This document shows positions 57,162-64,000 of a stretch of 64,000 nucleotides of DNA, one piece after another (within the stretch, counting starts at the first letter, position 1; every line of letters begins with the position of its first letter). Location of the stretch: the NCBI GenBank assembly GCA_965243205.1, contig CBDEUK010000002.1, positions 960,001 to 1,024,000 on the forward strand, given 5' to 3'. A model generated the notes under the pieces. The model searched no databases and had not been told where the DNA came from. It saw only the letters and a program-made list of their open reading frames with translations. This DNA comes from Gammaproteobacteria bacterium. GTDB lineage: Bacteria > Pseudomonadota > Gammaproteobacteria > Eutrophobiales > Eutrophobiaceae. Both the position numbers and the translations under genes were made by a program.

Positions 57162-58161
57162 ATTTCGTATAAATTATTTTTAAATATTCATCAGCATTGT
57201 GTAAGTAAAATTCTTTTCGAGTTTTATTCACCATCTCTTTAAACCAAGGAACCGCTTTTTTAGGTAAGTCATCAAGTAAATGAATTGACTTTAATGGTAT
57301 GAGTACTTTATCTCCAAAAGGATTTAACGTCAGTTCATATAAATGATTATCTTTTTTCTGTTGTAGTTTGATATATTTCCAATCGACAAACACACCTTTT
57401 TTTATGATCTCTTTTAATGTTTGAGCGATTAAAATTAAATCAGCTGAAATTTTAAGACACATCTTTTGTTTTAATTGTTTATGTTTAATATCTTTAAACA
57501 CATAATGCAATCCTGTCTTAGTATAAAAAACGTAATTCTTTTCTGTAACCTTCCATCCAGCTTGGACTAATATTTTTTTTGAAATTTTTTCTGCTGCATT
57601 ATTTAAATATTCCATATCACAATGCATTCGTTCACAAATGGAATTTATAATGTTTTGTTCTAAAGCAGCTTGTTGATTAATAACCGGACTGGTAATTACG
57701 ACAGGATAGTTATCAACTAATAAATAAGAAGCATAATTATTATCCGTATACACTTGAAAGTGAGAATAATCATCCATACTGTTATATACATCTATCAATT
57801 TATCTGCATAGGTTAAAACATCGTTGCTCCAACGATATAATTTTTGACGTTTCTTTTTATCTTTTACAACTACAGCTTGCTCTCGTGCGCGTTCAGATTC
57901 CTCTTCATATACAGTGATCATCTCATTGAGTACTATTTGAATATATTGATAAACCTCAAATTGATTGGCCTTTGAAAATTTGTCAGTTAATACACTCAAT
58001 CGAGTCTTTTGTTTTTTTTTGCTGGCTTCTGTTTGTGGAAAGATAATTAACTCAGGCTTTTCAACAGAAAAAACATAATCTTGTAAAGACAATGCTGATA
58101 CTGAATAAAGTATCAACATTAAAAACGATGGGATAAGAAATTTATGCCTTGTGTTCAACAT
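57160..58161 (-). CDS. Exported hypothetical protein
   Basis: 333-aa ORF with N-terminal signal-like segment. Confidence 0.65.
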   Translation of the reverse strand: MLNTRHKFLIPSFLMLILYSVSALSLQDYVFSVEKPELIIFPQTEASKKKQKTRLSVLTDKFSKANQFEVYQYIQIVLNEMITVYEEESERAREQAVVVKDKKKRQKLYRWSNDVLTYADKLIDVYNSMDDYSHFQVYTDNNYASYLLVDNYPVVITSPVINQQAALEQNIINSICERMHCDMEYLNNAAEKISKKILVQAGWKVTEKNYVFYTKTGLHYVFKDIKHKQLKQKMCLKISADLILIAQTLKEIIKKGVFVDWKYIKLQQKKDNHLYELTLNPFGDKVLIPLKSIHLLDDLPKKAVPWFKEMVNKTRKEFYLHNADEYLKIIYTK

Positions 58162-58211
58162 TGAACACAGTTTAAAACGTTTTATATTAACGATAAATAA
58201 CTATCTGTTAT

Positions 58212-58868
58212 TTAAGAGTCCGAAATAGAAAATAACTTTCCAAGGCTATTCATTGTGACTCGATAAAACATTTTATCTATTCCAGTATAGATAGATAACA
58301 GCGCAACTAGATAAGCAAAAAGTAATAGCCCGATAAGAAATAAACTACCTATTGATTGATTTAAAAGAAAGATTGAAAAAGGCAATGATGCCGGCACTGA
58401 AAAGCTTAACATTAAACCAGGATGAGACTTATAAATTAACGAACTCATCGCAACTAAGATAGCGATTACAATAGCAAATGAAAAATTGAATATAAGGCTT
58501 TGATTACCGCTAAATTCTATAAACTCGTTCGCTGCGATACCCATTCCGCCCCAAAATAAACCTGAAATGAAAGCACCAACGAACAACAAAACAAACCAAA
58601 TAGAACACGCTTCAACTGATAATGGTTTATTATTTTGATAACTTATATAGGTTATATATCTCAAACAACAAAACAATGAATAACTCATAAACCAATAAAT
58701 AATCAGTTTATGTTCATGAAAGCCCCAAAGAATCAAAGAAACTATGCTAGCAGTTAGAAAGCATAAAAAAATGGTAAGGGCTAAACCAGAAAAATATAAC
58801 TTATCAAGCTCTTTAATGAATCTGTGTGGCTTAAACTCATTATTTGAGTTACTGAATGATTGATACAT
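58212..58868 (-). CDS. Multi-TM membrane protein resembling a sensor input domain
   Basis: About six TM helices, GAFISGLFWG motif, no cytoplasmic output domain. Confidence 0.6.
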   Translation of the reverse strand: MYQSFSNSNNEFKPHRFIKELDKLYFSGLALTIFLCFLTASIVSLILWGFHEHKLIIYWFMSYSLFCCLRYITYISYQNNKPLSVEACSIWFVLLFVGAFISGLFWGGMGIAANEFIEFSGNQSLIFNFSFAIVIAILVAMSSLIYKSHPGLMLSFSVPASLPFSIFLLNQSIGSLFLIGLLLFAYLVALLSIYTGIDKMFYRVTMNSLGKLFSISDS

Positions 58869-59042
58869 AGTGCATTAGTTATTTTTATAATGTATTTATG
58901 AATTCCTAAAATATTCACAAATCATCCCTAACTACTGCCTAACTATACCCAGTTGTCATAAATATGTCATTTTTTTCATAAAAACGACATATAAATACAT
59001 TTAAAATATTATTTTCATCTTATATTTCAAAGAGTTCCAAGT

Positions 59043-60668
59043 TTAAGAATGATAATATTTAAGCGCTTTTATACGGCTATCATGCACTGCGGCTGCTTCT
59101 ATATGAGATAATACATTATGACGTTCTAATTCTTCAGTCACTTTATTTTCGCCTAAAACAACCATCACATCTTTTCCATCTTGTAATTCTTTAATGATCA
59201 TATCTTCAATCGCTTTTATCGATGTATAGTCGATCGATGTCACATCATGTAGATCAAAAATAATAGATTCATAATTTTCCAATGCAGCTAATTTCTGGAC
59301 TACACCTTTAGCCATCGGAAAAGACATCGGTCCATGAATTTGATACATCATTAATTTACCTTCCGCTCTTTCAATCAAGCTTATTTCTTCTTGCATAAGC
59401 CCTTCACTATCTTCAACTGTTCGAATTACGCGAAGCTCACTTAATGATAGATTAGCCATTCGTTGCATAAAGACAAAAGCAGAGATACCCATACCAATAC
59501 CAACAGCTAAGATTAAATCGACAAATATCGTCACTAGCATAACAATGACCATAATAGCTGTACTTAGCCAATAGATTTTTTTGAAATCTTTAAAGTAAGC
59601 CCAATCAATAATATCCGTTCCAACTTTAATTAATATACCTGCCAATACCGCATCAGGAATATAGCTCGCGTATTTACCTGCACCTAAAACTATAATCAAT
59701 AACACAACAGCATGTAATGAACCTGAAATAGGCGTGCGCCCACCAGCTTTTACATTAACCACTGTTCTCATCGTTGCACCGGCACCAGGTAAACCACCAA
59801 ACATACCTGCTATGGTGTTACCAATACCTTGGCCTATAAGTTCTTTATTCGAATCATGTTGGTCACTAGTGACCTTATCCGCTACCAACGAAGTCAATAA
59901 TGAATCGATTGCACCTAAAACCGCTAGAACTAACGCAGACTTTAGCATGCCAGGTAATAACTCAAGATTGAAAATTGGCATCGTAGGATTAGGAATACCT
60001 GTAGGAATATCTCCAAGTGTTTTAGTGTCACTATCAGGCATTAAAAAGATTAATGTTAGAGTGCCTACTATTAACGCCATCAACGGCCCAGGAAGTAACT
60101 TATTTATTTTTGGTGGAATAAAATAAACGATCACTAATGCTAGTCCTGCAAGGATCATTGCATCGAACCCAGGAGATTCTATATAAGTATAAATTGATTG
60201 AACCGATTCTAAAGGAGACTTTAATTGTGGGTGACCAAATAAAGGACCTATCTGCAATAGAATAATAATGATACCGATACCACTCATAAAACCTGACAGT
60301 ACTGGCGCAGGTACGTAGTTTATATAACCACCTAAACGCATCATCCCCATAAGGATTTGCATTACACCACCCAACATAACGACTGTAAATGCATAAGCTG
60401 GTCCCATCGTAGGATCCAATGCTACATAGTGCGTAAAGATTCCTGCCATGACCACCGTCATTGGGCCTGTTGGGCCAGAGACTTGGGACTTAGTACCACC
60501 GAATAACGCAGCGAAAAACCCAACAAAGATTGCACCGTATAAACCAGCAATAGGCCCAGCACCTGAAGTTTTGCCAAACGCTAAAGCAAGAGGCAATGCC
60601 ACAACAGCTGCAGTAATACCTCCATATATATCACCACGTAAATTCCAAGTTTCAAATTTATTAATCAT
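59043..60668 (-). CDS. SulP/SLC26 anion transporter (BicA-like) with STAS domain
   Basis: GGITAAVVALPLALAFG, SGPTGPM, DSLLTS, GAGATMRT. Confidence 0.93.
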   Translation of the reverse strand: MINKFETWNLRGDIYGGITAAVVALPLALAFGKTSGAGPIAGLYGAIFVGFFAALFGGTKSQVSGPTGPMTVVMAGIFTHYVALDPTMGPAYAFTVVMLGGVMQILMGMMRLGGYINYVPAPVLSGFMSGIGIIIILLQIGPLFGHPQLKSPLESVQSIYTYIESPGFDAMILAGLALVIVYFIPPKINKLLPGPLMALIVGTLTLIFLMPDSDTKTLGDIPTGIPNPTMPIFNLELLPGMLKSALVLAVLGAIDSLLTSLVADKVTSDQHDSNKELIGQGIGNTIAGMFGGLPGAGATMRTVVNVKAGGRTPISGSLHAVVLLIIVLGAGKYASYIPDAVLAGILIKVGTDIIDWAYFKDFKKIYWLSTAIMVIVMLVTIFVDLILAVGIGMGISAFVFMQRMANLSLSELRVIRTVEDSEGLMQEEISLIERAEGKLMMYQIHGPMSFPMAKGVVQKLAALENYESIIFDLHDVTSIDYTSIKAIEDMIIKELQDGKDVMVVLGENKVTEELERHNVLSHIEAAAVHDSRIKALKYYHS

Positions 60669-60747
60669 GATGCTTAATTCCTAATTTATTAAATTTATTA
60701 TTATTATCTAACTTAAATAAAGTATAACAGAACAAACAGACAGGATA

Positions 60748-61176
60748 TCAAGAACCATCCATGATGATTTGGCAACTGACCTCAAACTTACATTGCATTT
60801 TATTGTTTTCATTGCAGACTGATTGACCATTTTCATTCATTAACCAATTTAATGAACTTGTAATCACCAAACAATCAACCGTTATTGGTTTTGCATCTAA
60901 ACGTACCATTTCATTATCACTTTTATAAATACATCCGATGAATTCGCCATGATTTTCAATAGAAACGTCAATCAGCTCAGAAACGTTTAACACTTGTTTT
61001 AAAGTGGTTTTATCCGATACGGTCCAATCAAAATCTTTAGATATCTTTCTTGATTTAATCAACTCTATAGAGGGGCAGGTATACGCTTCAGCATATAAAT
61101 CGAAAGGCAGCATTATATTAATAAGAGTTATGAATATGGATAATAACCTTTTGATACTAAAACTCTTCATAGCCAT
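60748..61176 (-). CDS. Small Cys-containing secreted hypothetical protein
   Basis: Signal-like N-terminus; operonic overlap with upstream GNAT. Confidence 0.6.
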   Translation of the reverse strand: MAMKSFSIKRLLSIFITLINIMLPFDLYAEAYTCPSIELIKSRKISKDFDWTVSDKTTLKQVLNVSELIDVSIENHGEFIGCIYKSDNEMVRLDAKPITVDCLVITSSLNWLMNENGQSVCNENNKMQCKFEVSCQIIMDGS

Positions 61177-61628
61177 TTCTCCATAAAATACTGTTCAAAC
61201 ATTAAATTTTTGTAATGTTTATTTTGCTGCTTAACAACATTAAAACCGTTTGCTAAAAAAAATGGTTTAGCAGTAACACTAACATCAGCAAATAAACGTT
61301 TGGTCTTTTCTTTTTTTGCATTTTTTTCTATCTTTGTTAATAACATATTGCCAACTCCTTTACGTTGCCATTCATGGTGAACGTAAAAACAATCAATATG
61401 TCCAGGATATTGATATTCAGCAAAACCTAAGATCTGTTCATCTTTTTCAACAACATTAACAAAGTAATTATCGAATCGCTTGAGCCAAAAATCATCTTGC
61501 ATAATTTCAGATGCCCAAACTTCAAGATGCTTGTCAGAGTAGTCTTTTGAATTAACTTTACGAACGGTATTAAAATACAGCTCAGAAATTTGAGCCACAT
61601 CCTGTTTTTTCCATTCTCTGACTTTCAT
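61167..61628 (-). CDS. GNAT acetyltransferase (YafP-like)
   Basis: GHIDCFYVH, QRKGVG, SVTAKPFF. Confidence 0.9.
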   Translation of the reverse strand: MKVREWKKQDVAQISELYFNTVRKVNSKDYSDKHLEVWASEIMQDDFWLKRFDNYFVNVVEKDEQILGFAEYQYPGHIDCFYVHHEWQRKGVGNMLLTKIEKNAKKEKTKRLFADVSVTAKPFFLANGFNVVKQQNKHYKNLMFEQYFMEKWL

Positions 61629-62197
61629 TATTTAGTATTCTTTAACTCTTTATAACGATGGCAATCTACAACATGATCATTAACCATGCCGACAGCTTGC
61701 ATAAACGCATAACAAATCGTACTACCAACGAATTTAAAACCACGTTTTTTTAAATCTTTTGATATATCATCTGATAAATCAGTTTTAGCAGGAATCTCTT
61801 TCAATGTTTTCCAAGAATTTTGAATTGGTTGATTATCGACATAAGACCAAATGTATTTATTGAAGGTTCCAAACTCTTCTCTGACTTCAATAAAAGCATT
61901 TGCATTAATAACCGTGGCTCGTATTTTTAATTGGTTCCTAATAATTCCTTCATTTTTTAACAATAACTGAATCTTTTTCTCTTTATAGTTCGCAATTTTA
62001 TTAAAATCAAAACCATCAAAAACTTCTCGATAATTTTTACGTTTTTTTAGGACCGTGATCCAACTTAAACCAGCTTGAGCACCTTCAAGAATTAAATATT
62101 CAAATAATTTTTTATCTGAATGAACTGGAACACCCCATTCCTTATCATGATATGTCACATAGAGTGGATCATTCCCACACCATTCACAGCGTTTCAT
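61628..62197 (-). CDS. tag: DNA-3-methyladenine glycosylase I
   Basis: RCEW, YHDKEWG, LEGAQAGLSW, GMVNDH. Confidence 0.96.
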   Translation of the reverse strand: MKRCEWCGNDPLYVTYHDKEWGVPVHSDKKLFEYLILEGAQAGLSWITVLKKRKNYREVFDGFDFNKIANYKEKKIQLLLKNEGIIRNQLKIRATVINANAFIEVREEFGTFNKYIWSYVDNQPIQNSWKTLKEIPAKTDLSDDISKDLKKRGFKFVGSTICYAFMQAVGMVNDHVVDCHRYKELKNTK

Positions 62198-62200
62198 TTT

Positions 62201-63145
62201 TTATCCTTGTTCGATCACTTTGATATATTCATTTTTAGCTTCACGACTGGTTCCAACGACGATTCTTTTTTCACCATGTGAATTAATTTCAATCATACCT
62301 GAAATTTCGATCATCTCGCCTTGTATCGCTTGCCCTACATAAGTTGCAGTATAACAAACAACCTCATTCAATTCTGGATTGTCTAGATAATATCTTGCAG
62401 GCAAATCAAAGCTTTTAGAATCATCAATGACTCTTGCTTTTAGAGTAATTGATGATTCTTTTTTAAAAGGTCCATGTTCATTAATCAACTCATTTTCATT
62501 TAAGACAAGGCTGACATCCACTTTAGTTCCATTGTATAAAAACTTATTTAACTTACGTTCTTCATGAAATACATATTCATCAAAAGTAATAGAAGCATCT
62601 CTTCGATTAAAACTGTCTTTCCAAACTTCATAATCAAGTGCTTGAAAAAAATCATTTTCTAATGCTTGCTTTATTAATTCTCTAACCTTACAAAATGATT
62701 CTCTACCATAAATCACAATATCAATATCAGACTTATCTGTTTGAAAACCAATGAGCACAGAACCTGTTACACCTATCGATTGTGTTTGTAACCCTGAGTT
62801 AACAAAAAAGTTAATCAATTCTAATGTTTGAGTTTGTTTAACATCATGAACAGGTAGAGTCTTTAAAAAAAGATAAGCTTCATTAGGAATAAAAATTCTT
62901 TCAATTTCATCAATAGAAATTGCATGCAATAAAACATCGTGGTTTTTAGAATGAAATAAATATTCAGGTTTATTCTGTTTTAAAAACTCATTAGCTTGTT
63001 GCGTACTTAATTTGACAACATCACCTAATTCATCTTGATAATAACGCAATGTTGTTAAGACACGATCATCTTCCAACTCATATGCAACGACGGCTGCATA
63101 AAATCCTTGTGTGTAGATATAATCTTTAGGTCTAAAATCAGTCAT
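62201..63145 (-). CDS. Pol-beta superfamily nucleotidyltransferase (resembles archaeal COG1665 type)
   Basis: GVTGS..SDIDIVIYG motif; C-terminal YVGQA..GE..E..G..E..VVGTSREA..EYIK; family assignment from memory. Confidence 0.7.
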   Translation of the reverse strand: MTDFRPKDYIYTQGFYAAVVAYELEDDRVLTTLRYYQDELGDVVKLSTQQANEFLKQNKPEYLFHSKNHDVLLHAISIDEIERIFIPNEAYLFLKTLPVHDVKQTQTLELINFFVNSGLQTQSIGVTGSVLIGFQTDKSDIDIVIYGRESFCKVRELIKQALENDFFQALDYEVWKDSFNRRDASITFDEYVFHEERKLNKFLYNGTKVDVSLVLNENELINEHGPFKKESSITLKARVIDDSKSFDLPARYYLDNPELNEVVCYTATYVGQAIQGEMIEISGMIEINSHGEKRIVVGTSREAKNEYIKVIEQG

Positions 63146-63177
63146 AAAACTTTAATAAAATATTTTTTAAATAATGC

Positions 63178-63213
63178 TTGCATTCAATTAAGTTATGCCT
63201 ATAATGCGCGCCC
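63178..63213 (+). promoter_or_regulatory. rrn-P1-like sigma-70 promoter
   Basis: TTGCAT (63178-83), 16-bp spacer, TATAAT (63200-05), GC-rich discriminator GCGCGCCC, AT-rich upstream tract. Confidence 0.85.
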
Positions 63214-63216
63214 ATT

Positions 63217-63330
63217 ATGAAACAAGAAACAATTAACACGCAAACGAACTTTATAATGTTGTCTCTAGAAAGCAATGTTAACAGACTTCATCGTGCCTAT
63301 AAAAAACCGATAGGTGATGTAGCACATTAG
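63217..63330 (+). CDS. Leader peptide 1 (37 aa)
   Basis: MKQETINTQTNFIMLSLESNVNRLHRAYKKPIGDVAH; ATG ~3 nt after predicted start site; stop abuts the attenuator. Confidence 0.65.
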   Translation: MKQETINTQTNFIMLSLESNVNRLHRAYKKPIGDVAH

Positions 63331-63417
63331 ATCAGGTTATCTAAAACATAGAGCCTGATAAAAATTATCATGGCTCAAACAAAACCCCGATGAGCCGTGA
63401 GGACTTCGGGGTTTTTT
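63331..63417 (+). terminator. Attenuator 1 (alternative hairpins + intrinsic terminator)
   Basis: Terminator aaaaccccga/tcggggtttttt; competing tcatggctca/tgagccgtga pairing. Confidence 0.8.
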
Positions 63418-63429
63418 ATTGGAGAAAAT

Positions 63430-63558
63430 ATGCCTATAGAAATAAGTAACAATTTTTTATATTTAAAAAATGATAGACGCATCAGATCTGAACATCCGTG
63501 CTGCTCTCAATGGATCGGTACGCCTGTAAAAAATGCTGATGAATATAAAACTACTTAG
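63430..63558 (+). CDS. Leader peptide 2 (42 aa)
   Basis: SD GGAG 63421-24; MPIEISNNFLYLKNDRRIRSEHPCCSQWIGTPVKNADEYKTT; stop lies inside the first hairpin of attenuator 2. Confidence 0.65.
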   Translation: MPIEISNNFLYLKNDRRIRSEHPCCSQWIGTPVKNADEYKTT

Positions 63559-63649
63559 CTTCTTGTAATGTTACGGGAGGCTAATGTTAAAGCCTTCTGG
63601 ACTTAAAAATATAAAAGCCCGGTTGGCAAAAGCCAAACGGGCTTTTTTT
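63556..63649 (+). terminator. Attenuator 2 (alternative hairpins + intrinsic terminator)
   Basis: Terminator aaaagcccggttggc-aaaa-gccaaacgggcttttttt with upstream competing stems. Confidence 0.8.
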
Positions 63650-63650
63650 A

Positions 63651-63772
63651 TGGCATGTGCACCATAGATAGGTGAGCTGACTGTTAATCAGTTGTATGCA
63701 AGTTACCTGCAAGGATGCAGGTAAGGGGCGTAAGCAGGAGCGGTAAGCTTTCAAATCTTGCCGTGCCAGCCA
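63651..63772 (+). tRNA. tRNA-Asn(GTT)-like gene with 47-nt insertion in the T-arm
   Basis: Acceptor tggcatg/cgtgcca + G + CCA; D-stem cacc/ggtg; anticodon arm gctga-ctGTTaa-tcagt; T-stem gcaag/cttgc with ttcaaat loop displaced by the insert. Confidence 0.7.
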
Positions 63773-63780
63773 AATTGAAC

Positions 63781-63857
63781 GGATCGGTAGCTCAGTCAGG
63801 TAGAGCGATTGGTTGAAACCCAATGCGTCGGTGGTGCAAAGCCATCTCGATCCACCA
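63781..63857 (+). tRNA. tRNA-Phe(GAA), atypical T-loop
   Basis: Acceptor ggatcgg/tcgatcc + A + CCA; D-stem gctc/gagc; anticodon arm attgg-ttGAAac-ccaat; T-stem ggtgg/ccatc with loop tgcaaag. Confidence 0.85.
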
Positions 63858-63869
63858 ATTGATTTAAAT

Positions 63870-64000
63870 GGGCATGTTGGCAAATGGATGCTACCACCTA
63901 AAACGGTTGCTGAAGTGGTCCGAGTAAAACCGGCAGTCGCCTAAGTTGTTAAACCAGCATGGTTGAGGATGCAGGTTAATGCTCTTGGTAAGCGGGTGTT
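63870..64000 (+). ncRNA. Unidentified structured RNA, truncated by window end
   Basis: GC-richer non-coding sequence 12 nt after tRNA-Phe; starts like a tRNA 5-prime half (gggcatg-tt-ggca-aatgga-tgct). Confidence 0.4.

Noticed and set aside
63387-63410. Hammerhead-ribozyme-like string ccgatgagccgtgaggac
   Set aside because: Core CUGAUGA is CCGAUGA and the GAAA is absent; fully explained as part of the attenuator terminator
63587-63883. 98-aa minus-strand ORF from the track
   Set aside because: Antisense to a terminator and two tRNA-like genes; no recognisable protein features

Overview
AT-rich chromosomal window from a gammaproteobacterium, probably aquatic (inferred from VPLPA/PEP-CTERM proteins, fimV, rnt-pyrC, purB-roxA, purL and the pyrG-kdsA-eno-ftsB-ispDF operon). 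The left ~15 kb is accessory: secreted proteins with a local two-component system, cfa, then a run of unrelated genes whose boundaries carry a degenerate 25-nt REP-like motif, suggesting a cassette array. The middle is housekeeping and signalling genes, including a NarL/UvrY-type system with visible operators, two cNMP-HDOD paralogs and a complete rpfG-rpfC-rpfF DSF cluster. The most striking part is the last ~850 bp, which the ORF track does not explain. An rrn-P1-like promoter is followed by two tandem leader-peptide attenuators with the same switch logic. These precede atypical tRNA-like genes: a tRNA-Asn(GTT) with a 47-nt structured insertion in its T-arm, a tRNA-Phe(GAA) with a non-canonical T-loop, and a third structured RNA cut by the window edge. 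All calls come from reading the sequence and translations by eye; no database searches or folding programs were run.
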